NCBI GenBank assembly: GCA_048498995.1
Contig: JBEHWX010000018.1
Span: forward strand, 2,620-66,619
Reading direction: 5' to 3'
Length of the DNA: 64,000 bases
Origin: Bacteroidota bacterium
GTDB lineage: Bacteria > Bacteroidota > Ignavibacteria > OLB7
A program made the translations under genes and the position numbers. This document shows, piece after piece, positions 27,790 to 37,680 of the stretch (position 1 is the stretch's first letter; every line of letters begins with the position of its first letter). The notes below the pieces were generated by a model. It did not search any database and was not told the DNA's origin. It saw nothing but the letters and a program-made list of their open reading frames with translations.

Positions 27790-27868
27790 TCTCCCGCTGG
27801 TTGATGGCCGTTCTCCACGGCCGTTTCAGTATCTCCAGCGATCGGGCGGAACCGACTCCCTGTCGGTT
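27790..27868 (-). promoter_or_regulatory. Tandem hairpin+GGAGA motifs (copies A and B) in the nadM leader, candidate cis-regulatory RNA
   Basis: AACCGAC-AGGGA-GTCGGTT-13nt-GGAGA, then GGCCGT-GGAGA-ACGGCC-11nt-GGAGA. Confidence 0.55.
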
Positions 27869-27894
27869 GTTCCCCGTCCGATCCGGATGTGATG

Positions 27895-27902
27895 CAAACA
27901 TA
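27895..27902 (-). promoter_or_regulatory. Bacteroidota-type -7 promoter element TATGTTTG for the NAD operon
   Basis: Exact match to TAnnTTTG. Confidence 0.55.
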
Positions 27903-28029
27903 GCCAGGCGGATCCGGACGATGCAACCGGGAAGCGTCAGAATTTCTCACGCGCCCCCGTCACGCGCCCCCTCACGCTCCGACGTCAGCCGCGAGCCGGC
28001 TCGGGCAAGCACCGCTCCCGAGAGCTCCG

Positions 28030-29559
28030 TCACAGATGCAGGGCAACGCCGATCAGCAGACCGCTCGTGGAGGGATCGATCTCGTGCGCGGCGAGCGTGA
28101 GCGATCCATTCGGAACGCCCGCCCCGGCGATATGCCTGGCGCCGATCTCCACCGGCAGCACCTGCATCGCCTGAAGCTGCACGAAGAGGGAGAGCATCCG
28201 GGTGACGCGCGAGCCCACCTCGAGCTGGACCCGCCCGGCCGGCGCGCCGACCACCTGACGGAACATCCTGGTGTCGCCGGCGAGGGAGAGCGCGGCGTGC
28301 TCGTCGACGATCGTATATCCGAGGCCGAGCCCTCCGGAGAAGTACAACCGGGCCCCACGCGCGGGATCCGGAGCGGTGATCAGATAGCTCGCCGTCACCG
28401 CGACGTCATGCCCGTTGAACCACTCCCACTTCCGACGCGCGTCCACGCTCGCCGGCGCCATCGTGTAGGTGAGCTCGAGATTCCATCGGTCGGCCGCGGC
28501 ATATCCGACCGCGATATGTCGGAGCACTCCAGCGAATCCGAGGCGTATCTCGTCATCGCCGATCCAGCCCGTGGCCGAAGGGGCACGATTGATCGGCGCC
28601 AGCAGTGGCACGCCGGAAGCGTATCCGATCGAGAATCTGGGGAGCGTGTATCGGGAGGCAACTTCCTCGACGGTCGCGGCCGGCATGTTCTCCGTCGCGC
28701 CGATGCGCTCCCACCTTCCGGCCAGGAAGCGCGCGGCCTCGGGGGGCATGCCGCTCCGGAACAGCGCGTCGTCACGCATCGTCGGCGCGACCTCGCCGAA
28801 GAGGAGCGGGTTGCCGCCGATCGCGCGGTCGAGGCCGGTCCGCTCGAGGGTGCCGATCCCGGCCGTGATGCCGAAGGCGGCTCCCGTGGCCAACCGCTCC
28901 TGGCGCGACACGTTCTCCGCTATCGGATTGTAGAACGCAAGATTCGATCCGGCCGCGCAGAGCGCGCCGACCACCAGCGCCATCACATTGTTCCCCTCGT
29001 GCTCGATCCGGTCGATCATCGCAACGGGGATCATCCGAGCCGCCGTTGCGATCGTTCGCCAGTCATAGGGGACATCCTCCGGCCAGAGAAGCACCGCGTC
29101 GTCCGTGGCCGCCAGCAGCGTGCCCTGAAGCGTGGCGCCGCTCCGCGTGGTGATGGTGTAGATCGCGAGCGAGGATGAACGGGCGCCCCCCGGTCCGACC
29201 AGGTCGCCAAGCGCGTCGAGGTGCGACGCAAGCCGTCCCGGGGATAGGCGCTCGTAACCATCGACGTAGGCGCGCAGCGCCGCGAGCCGCTTGGGAGCCA
29301 CGCTCACGCTCGTGTCGATCTCGCCTCCGGCGACCCGCCGCGTCACCATCAGGGCCGGCGGCGTGCCGACCAGTCGGACGCGCACGACCGATGGGATGCG
29401 GGGGAACAGGCCGAAGTAGGCGACCGCCGAGGAATCGAGCTCATCGGCCCGATCGCTGATGCCGGCCGCGCGTGACGCCTCCTGCGCCGAGGCCAGGCAG
29501 GTGGCCGCGCAGAGGATCGAAAGAAGTTGGAGGAATCGCGTGAGTGTCCGATGGAGCAT
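28030..29559 (-). CDS. Secreted / outer-membrane hypothetical protein (paralog of 29751-31316)
   Basis: Signal peptide, YFGLFP motif, C-terminal beta-strands ending GVALHL. Confidence 0.7.
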   Translation of the reverse strand: MLHRTLTRFLQLLSILCAATCLASAQEASRAAGISDRADELDSSAVAYFGLFPRIPSVVRVRLVGTPPALMVTRRVAGGEIDTSVSVAPKRLAALRAYVDGYERLSPGRLASHLDALGDLVGPGGARSSSLAIYTITTRSGATLQGTLLAATDDAVLLWPEDVPYDWRTIATAARMIPVAMIDRIEHEGNNVMALVVGALCAAGSNLAFYNPIAENVSRQERLATGAAFGITAGIGTLERTGLDRAIGGNPLLFGEVAPTMRDDALFRSGMPPEAARFLAGRWERIGATENMPAATVEEVASRYTLPRFSIGYASGVPLLAPINRAPSATGWIGDDEIRLGFAGVLRHIAVGYAAADRWNLELTYTMAPASVDARRKWEWFNGHDVAVTASYLITAPDPARGARLYFSGGLGLGYTIVDEHAALSLAGDTRMFRQVVGAPAGRVQLEVGSRVTRMLSLFVQLQAMQVLPVEIGARHIAGAGVPNGSLTLAAHEIDPSTSGLLIGVALHL

Positions 29560-29750
29560 GGGTCTCTCTCGTTTCGCCGTGACTGGTGTACGAGCATCCC
29601 GCGCGAAGAGGTGGCGCGCATGCAACCGCGCGGCCCGGCACCGGGATCGATGAGAGTGGCCGTCGATGAACGGCGACGAACATCGTCAACCGGCGAACGT
29701 GGGCAAGTGCAAAAAGCGGGTGCCGTGGTGGAACCGAGGGCGACCGGCGC

Positions 29751-31316
29751 CTACAGGTGCGCGCGAACGCCGATCACGAGGCTCGCCGACGAGAAGGTGA
29801 GGGTGTGCTCGGGAGATCCGGCCTGCACCGTGGGGCTGTTCGGCTCGCTCGCATCGTATACCTGCTGGAACGACCACCCCGGCAGGGTAACGCCGAACGA
29901 GTGCGTGGCGTCGACCGCGGCGAAGATCGACAGGTTGCGAATGGCCTGATATCCGATCTCCAGCATCGCATGCGCGCTGGCCGCGCCGAGCTCGTTCGAG
30001 ACGGCGCGCGTGACGCGCAGCATCCGGAGATTGTCGTTCGACTCCGTGTGCACGGCCGTCACGACGTTGACGGGGGAATAGCCGGCGCCGACGCCGACGG
30101 TGAGCACGAGATGCTGGCCGTTGAACGGGCTCGGGGCCAGTATCCGGTACAGCGTGGTGGCGCGCAGCGTGCTCAGCTCGAACCATTCGTTCGAATTTCC
30201 ACCATACTCGGAGAGGGCGGCTCCCGTGGGAATCCAGACATACTCGGCGGTCCAGCCGAGATGAGCGTTCAGATCATAGCCGAGGCCGACTCGGCGGAAG
30301 GAAACGATGGTGTTGACTCCGACATAGCCGGACCGCTTCCGAAGGTAATCGGTGACCGGCATCCGATTCTCGGAGATATACAATGGCATCCCTGAAGCGT
30401 AGTGCGCCGAGAAGTGCGTGATACGCTCCCGCCCCGCCACGGCCTCGATGGATTCCGGAGGTGGAGGAATCGTGGGAGCCGGCTGGTGCATCATGGCGGT
30501 GACCTCCGGCGGCAGATCGTCGCCGAAGAGCGCGGCACGCCGCATCTCCGGAAGAACCCGGGCATAGAGCATCGGATTTCCCCCGATGGCCTGGTCGGTC
30601 GCGCTGCGATCGTAGGCTCCGATGGAAGCGATCCCCCCCCAGGTGATGCCGGCCACCATCTCCTCGGTGGAGTTCCGCCCCACCAGTCCGTCGTAGAACA
30701 GTCCCGCCGCCGCCGTCGACGCCAGCAGCCCGGCGCTGAATCCGATGATCAGGCTTCCGCTGGACTCGATCCTGTCGATACCGGCACTACGCAGCACCGT
30801 CACCGAGGAGGAAGCTCCACGCCAGTCGTACTGCTCACGGTCGGTGGAGATCACCAGCGTCGAATCGTCCGCATGGAGCACGCTCCCCTCGTGCACGGCC
30901 CCATCCCGGCCGGTGACGCGAACGTGGCCGCCAGGTCCGGTGAACGGACGAGCCGGCCTGATCAACGCGCGGATGGAATCGACCTGGATGCGCCCCGGAT
31001 CGCGAAAGAGAGATTCGAACTCCGAGATATAGAGGCGAAGGCGCTCGGCCTGATGCGCGCTCAGCATCAGCGTCGTGTCGGCATGGGTGCCGCCGACGCG
31101 ACGTGTCACGACAAGCCGCGCTCCCCCGGGCCCCCTGTCATCGATGCGTGCCTCGGACACCCCCTCGAACGCGGGAAAGAGTCCGAAGTACCGGCACTGC
31201 GTCGAGTCCAGACGCGCTCCGATGCGCGCTCCGAACGCGGAGCCGTTGTCCGTCTGGGCCGATGCGGCGGCGGCCACGAGCAGGGCCGTCGCGATGCTGG
31301 ATATGACCGCGCGCAT
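29751..31316 (-). CDS. Secreted / outer-membrane hypothetical protein (paralog of 28030-29559)
   Basis: Signal peptide, YFGLFP, AIGGNP, ends GVRAHL. Confidence 0.72.
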   Translation of the reverse strand: MRAVISSIATALLVAAAASAQTDNGSAFGARIGARLDSTQCRYFGLFPAFEGVSEARIDDRGPGGARLVVTRRVGGTHADTTLMLSAHQAERLRLYISEFESLFRDPGRIQVDSIRALIRPARPFTGPGGHVRVTGRDGAVHEGSVLHADDSTLVISTDREQYDWRGASSSVTVLRSAGIDRIESSGSLIIGFSAGLLASTAAAGLFYDGLVGRNSTEEMVAGITWGGIASIGAYDRSATDQAIGGNPMLYARVLPEMRRAALFGDDLPPEVTAMMHQPAPTIPPPPESIEAVAGRERITHFSAHYASGMPLYISENRMPVTDYLRKRSGYVGVNTIVSFRRVGLGYDLNAHLGWTAEYVWIPTGAALSEYGGNSNEWFELSTLRATTLYRILAPSPFNGQHLVLTVGVGAGYSPVNVVTAVHTESNDNLRMLRVTRAVSNELGAASAHAMLEIGYQAIRNLSIFAAVDATHSFGVTLPGWSFQQVYDASEPNSPTVQAGSPEHTLTFSSASLVIGVRAHL

Positions 31317-31404
31317 AGTATTCACGAGCAATAATGAATGGTTGGTGTCGTCGTCTCGAATCGGCACGTTACCGTCGGCTGTCGGCGCGCGCCATTCCGC
31401 GCCC

Positions 31405-32013
31405 TCAGTCGCGCGGCACCGACCGCATCAGCATGCTGGCCGCGCCGGTATCCTGCCAGATCACCTCGATCCCCTTCTGGCCGAGACGGCAGTCGAGCAT
31501 CAGCGCGGAGGATCCGGAGCGGCGCGCCCAGATGTCGTAGAGCCACTTCCCCGACGTCGCCATCGCGCTCACGAGCTCGGCGTCGCTCATCCCGACGCGA
31601 TAGCCGGGAACGGCGGAGGGGAGGCGCGATGCCTGCGACCGTCCGTGGCGCGACTCCAGCACCTGCTTCACCACCGAGTATCCCTTCACCACCTCTTCGG
31701 CCGTCATCGGCCCCACGCCGAGCTGGAGCGTCGCCATCGCGAGCTTCCCCTGATCGAAGAGAAACATCCATTCCCGCACGGCGCAGAGCGAGTTGGGAAC
31801 TTCGACGAGCATGCCCCCACGGTACCTGAGGATGGTGATCGCGCCACTGGTCGAGTCGGTCACGGGAAGAGCGTCCGGTATATCCCTCATCACCAGGCGC
31901 ACCTCGGCCGGCGACGCGCCGATCGGGATGCCGAGGAGCGAGTCGAGCCCCTCCGCGCGCAGACCGGAGGCGACGGCGAGGAACAGGATGACGAGCAGCG
32001 AGACGGAGCGCAT
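31405..32013 (-). CDS. Secreted hypothetical protein
   Basis: Signal peptide followed by LGIPIGAS; protein-like composition. Confidence 0.65.
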   Translation of the reverse strand: MRSVSLLVILFLAVASGLRAEGLDSLLGIPIGASPAEVRLVMRDIPDALPVTDSTSGAITILRYRGGMLVEVPNSLCAVREWMFLFDQGKLAMATLQLGVGPMTAEEVVKGYSVVKQVLESRHGRSQASRLPSAVPGYRVGMSDAELVSAMATSGKWLYDIWARRSGSSALMLDCRLGQKGIEVIWQDTGAASMLMRSVPRD

Positions 32014-33153
32014 GGCGATGGGAATCGGCGTGGAATGATCTGTCGGATCGGGTCAAGATACGGCGTCCGGGGAACCTGGCATGGCGCGAGGCGTTCTTCG
32101 GCGAGGTGGAGGCTGGCGGAAATGGCAGAGCGGGCACGGGCCGGAGATCCGTTCCGGTCACGGACATGTTCGAATACCGGAGTAGTCGATCGGGAGTCCG
32201 ATAGCGTCGCTGGCTCGACGATATCGGGGGACACACCCGCCGATGGATCCTCCGACCCGGCCCGATCTGCAACAGTTGCTCGCGTTGCCAGTGACCTGCT
32301 TCACGGATGTTCCACGTCATCGACGCCGAACATCACCAACGCCCATCATCGACGGCACGCATGCGCGAATCGCTCCGGGGGGGACGCTTCAACAGCAGGT
32401 GGGGAGGACACGGAGGCCGTCGGAGGCGGGGATCGCTACGGAGGTTGCTGGTAGCGGCCCTCGCCGGGACCGAGGCATGTCGGCGGAAGATGGAGCTCTC
32501 CGGGGGGAGACGTGTACGAATCTCCCGGTGGTGGTCCCGGAGGTTTACGAGCGCTCCATGTGCGAAAGTAGATCCATTGGGTGTACGATAGTAGTACATC
32601 ATCATGTATTTCGATCGGATTCCGACGCCCGCGATTGGTGATGGGAACAGAGTCGGGATGGGAAATTGTACCGTGGGATACGCATCGAATTCAATCGACG
32701 TATCCACCGCATCCAATCCGTGTTGACACGCACAACCGGGACGCCTCTCTCCCTTCCGAACCGATCGGTCGCGATGATGCCTACCAACGATGATGCCTAC
32801 CAACGGAGAGTCCTACCGTCATTCTCCGCCATCGCCTCCATCCATCGACCGGGGTCACCCCATACCGACCGGCCGGTCGCGGGGGGCGGTCATCGCCGGT
32901 TTCTCCGACGGGGCCTTCCCTGTGCTCGCTCCGGACCGGCGGCCGGGACGATGTGGGAGATCCCCGCGCTCTCACGACCGGAGCGCTTCACGTATCGAGG
33001 CGGCGGTGATCAGAAATTTCCATCGCCTCTCTCGGACGGATCATCCCCGGCGCAACCAACGCTCACAGAAGTTCGCGGGAAGGGGAAGCGGAAGTTCACG
33101 TCGCGACGTGCTATATTCGAGCCCTCGTCTTCTCACGCGACGCTCTCCATGCA

Positions 33154-33525
33154 ATGATCGACCGGGCACGACAGATCGTTCTCTGGCTCATGATCCTCCT
33201 CTTCACGATGCACGTGGAGGGGGGCGTCGTCGCATGGGGTCTCTACGGCATCTTCGCCGATCAGATCGCCGCCGTCTACTGCGTCAACCCGACCAATCCC
33301 TGCTGCCACGGCAAGTGCCACATGGTGAGCTCCACCGAAAAGGAGCGGAAGCAGGGGGGCGCCACGCTCGAAGCGGCATTCCCGAAGGTGGAGGCATTCG
33401 TGGCCGACCGGCACGTTCCTCCCCCGCTGGTCACGAGCGCGGAGCCGTTCCCGCAGATCGAGCGTCAGTTCACCTCCACGGGCTTTCCCCGCTCGCTCGA
33501 CCATCCTCCCTCGATCCTTCTCTGA
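33154..33525 (+). CDS. DUF2946-like small protein (Cys/His motif, C-terminal HPP)
   Basis: N-terminal hydrophobic segment; YCVNPTNPCCHGKCH; LDHPP near the C-terminus; TATATTCG at 33112-33119. Confidence 0.75.
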   Translation: MIDRARQIVLWLMILLFTMHVEGGVVAWGLYGIFADQIAAVYCVNPTNPCCHGKCHMVSSTEKERKQGGATLEAAFPKVEAFVADRHVPPPLVTSAEPFPQIERQFTSTGFPRSLDHPPSILL

Positions 33526-33786
33526 TTCCGGAACCAGCCCGGCCATGTCGGCACATCCGGCGCCATCGGCGTCGTCGATGAGCCAGCGCGCGCGCACGGC
33601 TTCACGTCCGAGAGCATGCTCCGGCCGATAGCCGCGCGTCGACGGCGGCGCCGATGGCCATTCGCCGGCCTACTACTCGTCCGGCGAGCGCTTTCCGTTC
33701 CCGGCGCGAGCGCCAGGGACCTCCCGTGCGGGAGATCCGGCGTTCCCCGCGCTCCGTATCAGTCATTCATTCCGGATCGATATTCC

Positions 33787-34746
33787 ATGGTCACGCGATC
33801 GTCGATCGCTCTCCTCGTGCTGCTCCTGATCGGAGCCGGGGAGGCGAAGGCCTGCGATTTCTGCAACTGCCTCTACGGCATCAATCCCTACTATACCGGC
33901 TCGAACTCCTTCGCGCTCCACTTCCTGCTGCAGCGCTCCGGCAGCCCCGGTGCCGGCGTCGGCTGGTTCGGCTCCAAGCTCGCCGCCGGCCCGCTCCGCC
34001 AGCCGTACCATTCGATACCCGGCGCCGACGGCGCCACGAACGTGCCGACGCGCGAGAGCCGGGCAACGCTCGAGCTCTCCTATCAGCACCACGTCTCCGA
34101 GCGGGTGATGCTCACGCTGCTCGTGCCGATGACCCGCATGGAGCATCGCTCGGCGACCGATCTCACGATCTCCGGCCTGGGGGATCCCTCCCTGCTGGCG
34201 CACTGGGTGATGACCGATCCGATCGGCGTCCGCTCCACCCTTCTCCTCGGAGGGGGCGTGAAGCTGCCGCTGGCCGATCATCGCCTGCGCGACGCCTCCG
34301 GCGCCATGCTCGATCCCAGGCTTCAGCCGGGCTCCGGCGTCCCCTCCCTGCTGCTGACCGGCACGATGACCGTCGGCCTGGGACGCTGGACCGTGGCGCT
34401 CGATGCCTTCGGCGCGATGCCGACCGGGAGCATCGATGGGAACCGGCTCGGAAGCTCGCTCTCGGCCACCGCGACGGTGAACCACGACCTGATCCGGAAC
34501 GACGCCACGGCGCTGGCGCTGGTCGGCCTGGCGGGAATCCGCGGAGAGGTGGCCGGCGTCGATCGCGTCGCCGGCGAGATCGATCATCACTCCGGCTTCT
34601 CGACCGCCTACGCCAATCTCGGCGCCGAGCTCGTCTGGCATTCGCTCCGGTTCGACCTCACCGTGCTGGCCCCGATCGCCCAGATGCGTCGGGACGAGGT
34701 GAGCGAGGGACCGCGCATCCTCTCCGGCATCCGCGTCGAGATCTGA
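33787..34746 (+). CDS. Outer-membrane beta-barrel transporter-like protein with N-terminal CxxCxC
   Basis: Signal peptide then ACDFCNC; SGLGD, GGGVKLP and LQPGSG motifs. Confidence 0.75.
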   Translation: MVTRSSIALLVLLLIGAGEAKACDFCNCLYGINPYYTGSNSFALHFLLQRSGSPGAGVGWFGSKLAAGPLRQPYHSIPGADGATNVPTRESRATLELSYQHHVSERVMLTLLVPMTRMEHRSATDLTISGLGDPSLLAHWVMTDPIGVRSTLLLGGGVKLPLADHRLRDASGAMLDPRLQPGSGVPSLLLTGTMTVGLGRWTVALDAFGAMPTGSIDGNRLGSSLSATATVNHDLIRNDATALALVGLAGIRGEVAGVDRVAGEIDHHSGFSTAYANLGAELVWHSLRFDLTVLAPIAQMRRDEVSEGPRILSGIRVEI

Positions 34747-34897
34747 GCGATGCCACCGCCGACGGCATCGGCCTCCCGATGGCGGCCTGCCCGGCAACGA
34801 TCACCCGGCGCGACATTGCCGGGGATCGCCGATTCGATCTTTTGTTCAATCAGGAACCATGATCTTCCCATTCATACATACATCGGAGATACCGTAT

Positions 34898-35896
34898 ATG
34901 CTGAGATCCTCTCGACATGCTCTCCTGGCGATCCCGCTGCTGCTCGCGGTGGCCGGATGCTCCAAGGTCGAGGACTCCCCCGTGGCTCCCACCTCCACCG
35001 TGACGGTGAGCGCGGTCTCGCTTCCCCGCATCGACGGCGATGCGCATTACGCTGTCTGGTTCAGCCACGCCGAGGGGAAACCGAGCCTCGGCGGCAAGCC
35101 GGCCCACGGCGATCATCACTACGTCAAGATCGGCGCGTTCAAGCTGGGTCCGAACGGCGAGGTGGTGGGCGTCAACGGCGGGGCCGCGAGCTTCGCGGTC
35201 CCCTCGGATATCAACGCGCAGCTGCTGATCGACGCGATCGTGACGGTCGAGAAGGATGGCGGCCTCGAGCTGGAGCCCACGGCCCGGCTGGCCTCCGGAG
35301 TCTTCACCGGCACCTCCTCGAAGGGGGTGGCGCGGCTGACCTTCTCCGACGATGAGTCCTTCGGCGATGTCTTCGCGGATGCCGAGGGGAGCGTGGTGCT
35401 CGACGCGCCGACCAGCGCCGACACGCTGGACTTCGCGCGGGGGATCTGGCTTGCCAAGCCGAACGGCACCTCGGTCGACGCGGCCAGCAACCTGCCGGTG
35501 ATGCCGATCTCCGACGAGACCGACGAGTGGCGCTACGAGATGTGGCTGACGCACAAGACCGGGGCCGGCGGCACCGAGTACATCTCCCTCGGCCGCTTCC
35601 TCAACCCGGCCGCCAAGGATCTCAACGGCGCCGGCGCCACCGCCGGCCCCGATGCCGCGGCCGCCTACCCGTTCCCCGGACAGGACTTCCTCGCGACGGG
35701 GAGCGAGCGGACGCTCAACGACGGCAGCTACGGCGTGGCGATCTCGATCGAGCCGTACGGCGCGCAGCTCCGGAGCCCCTATCTGACGCTCCTGAAGCTG
35801 GAGACGATCCCCACGTCGCTGACGCGCCTCGTGCCGCAGGCGCTCACCCGGGTGACCCCGGCTCCCTATGGGATGACGGTGACCGTGGACCGCTGA
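34898..35896 (+). CDS. Lipoprotein with duplicated RskA-C-like beta domain and His patch
   Basis: Lipobox AVAGC; YAVWF...IGAF and YEMWL...ISLGRF; PFPGQDFL; HGDHH. Confidence 0.75.
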   Translation: MLRSSRHALLAIPLLLAVAGCSKVEDSPVAPTSTVTVSAVSLPRIDGDAHYAVWFSHAEGKPSLGGKPAHGDHHYVKIGAFKLGPNGEVVGVNGGAASFAVPSDINAQLLIDAIVTVEKDGGLELEPTARLASGVFTGTSSKGVARLTFSDDESFGDVFADAEGSVVLDAPTSADTLDFARGIWLAKPNGTSVDAASNLPVMPISDETDEWRYEMWLTHKTGAGGTEYISLGRFLNPAAKDLNGAGATAGPDAAAAYPFPGQDFLATGSERTLNDGSYGVAISIEPYGAQLRSPYLTLLKLETIPTSLTRLVPQALTRVTPAPYGMTVTVDR

Positions 35897-35924
35897 GCCG
35901 CGTCGACGCACGCATCGATACGAC

Positions 35925-35957
35925 GAAGGGGAGCCTCCCGCCGGGAAGCTCCCCTTC
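35925..35957. terminator. Bidirectional terminator-like hairpin
   Basis: GAAGGGGAGC...GCTCCCCTTC between convergent genes. Confidence 0.65.
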
Positions 35958-36024
35958 TCATTGTTGCGCGCCGGTATCGGCGATGCCGTCACGATCGATG
36001 CGGGCCGGCATCCGGATCCGCCGA

Positions 36025-36696
36025 TCATTCCTCCTCGACCTCGACGCGCACGCCGAGCAGGTGCACCAGATCCACCGCCTGCATCGGGTCGATGATCGTG
36101 CCGCGGATCTCCGAGGCGCCGATCCTGAGGCCGACGATCGAGGAGCCGCGAAAATCCGTTCCCTCGAGCTTCGTGTTCCGGAAGTCGGCGCCGGTAAGGT
36201 CGCAGCCGCGGAAGATGGCGCCGGCAAGATCCGCCCCCTCGAACGACGCCCCCCGCAGCAGACAACGCTCGAAGCGGACGCCACGGAAGCGCGCGTTCCA
36301 GAAGATCCCCATCTCCAGGTTGCTCTCGGTCGCCACCAGATCATCCACCGTCGCATCGATCATCCGCGCGCCGGTGAGGCGGCAGCCGACAAGCTCCACC
36401 CTGGTCAGGCGCGCCTTCTCCCATTCGGCGCCGGCCAGATCGCACGCCTCCAGGCGGGCATCGATCACCTCCGGCGCGGAGAGATGGCCGCGGGAAAGAA
36501 GCACGCGGGTAAACCGGATCTGGTCGAGCAGAAGCCCGGTGACCTCGATATCGCTCAGGTCTCCATCGAGCAGCGCGGTCCGCTCGATGGCCGCGTGATC
36601 CTCGACCGGCGCGCCGAGCGCCCCCTCGAACGTCTCGTCGATCTTCAGCTTCGGCGGCGCGATCGTCCGCCTGGTTGGCTCGTTCTTCCGTTTCAT
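36025..36696 (-). CDS. Pentapeptide repeat protein
   Basis: A(D/S)(L/F)xx repeats: ASFEGADLAGAIFRGCDLTGADFRNTKLEGTDFRG. Confidence 0.9.
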   Translation of the reverse strand: MKRKNEPTRRTIAPPKLKIDETFEGALGAPVEDHAAIERTALLDGDLSDIEVTGLLLDQIRFTRVLLSRGHLSAPEVIDARLEACDLAGAEWEKARLTRVELVGCRLTGARMIDATVDDLVATESNLEMGIFWNARFRGVRFERCLLRGASFEGADLAGAIFRGCDLTGADFRNTKLEGTDFRGSSIVGLRIGASEIRGTIIDPMQAVDLVHLLGVRVEVEEE

Positions 36697-36871
36697 CGAT
36701 GGCTGGGAGGAATGCTGAATCGGTCGGCTTCCGCGTCTACATTCGGATGCGCGGAGCGCGACGGGATCGGGAGCATAGACAGGAATCGGGACGCGATGGG
36801 AGCCCGCGCCGGCCCTGACGACCGGGCGGGCATCCGTCGCGATGCGATATATCGGGCGCGATGCGGCGCCG

Positions 36872-37378
36872 TCAGTTCTTCTCGTCGGCGGTCGGGCCGT
36901 AGATCGAGGGGAGCGGCACGTCGTTCATCCGGAGATAGACATCGAGCTGGCCGCGATGATGGATGATGTGGCTCAGCACGAACGTGCGGAGCACGGCCGC
37001 GCGCGGGAGGGTGAAGATGGCATGGCCACCGCTCTTGAGGGTCCACGGCTTCATCATCTCCTCGTCGGAGGTCGCGGCGATGATCTCGCGCGCCTCGGCG
37101 ACGAAGCGGTCGAACGTCTCCAGCGTCTTCTCGCGCGACTCGTAGGCCGGCGGGATCCAGACCGGACCGCTGGGGGGATTCAGATCGAGCTCATCCTCGG
37201 TGAGCGTCATCTTCGCCCAGCTCGGAAGATTCGCCAGATGAAGCGCGAGTCCGGAGATGGTGCTCGACTTCGGGTGCGGCTTCCAGGTCGGATTGTCGGT
37301 CGGAACGATCTCCAGGAGCTTTCTGGTCGAGGCCATCTCGTGCTCGAACTCCGGGAGGAATACCTCTGCGATTGCCAT
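36872..37378 (-). CDS. DinB family protein
   Basis: WKPHPKS, LALHLA and HIIHHRGQL.VYLR...PSIYGP. Confidence 0.9.
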   Translation of the reverse strand: MAIAEVFLPEFEHEMASTRKLLEIVPTDNPTWKPHPKSSTISGLALHLANLPSWAKMTLTEDELDLNPPSGPVWIPPAYESREKTLETFDRFVAEAREIIAATSDEEMMKPWTLKSGGHAIFTLPRAAVLRTFVLSHIIHHRGQLDVYLRMNDVPLPSIYGPTADEKN

Positions 37379-37680
37379 GGTCGTGTCGTCTGAAGTGAAG
37401 TGTTGAGATGAGGATACCGGGCGTCCGGCAATCGCGATCGCGCGCGTGAACGTAAGCGCGGCCGCGTCCGGGCATCGGCGCCAAGCTACGGCAATTCGCC
37501 GACCCGTCGCAGCGCGCTCATCGCGTGATACCGGATCGTGACCGGCCACCTCCCGGAGACTCGCGCGCTCGAATCGCTCGCTCGAACCGCTCGCGCGCTC
37601 GAACCGGGGAGGGCGCTATCTTACAGGATGCCGAAAGCGGCGGAGCATCGAGACGGACAATCAACGACCGGAGCCGGGCA

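Noticed and set aside
36025-36696. Qnr quinolone-resistance gene
   Set aside because: Only generic pentapeptide repeats are visible; a Qnr call cannot be supported
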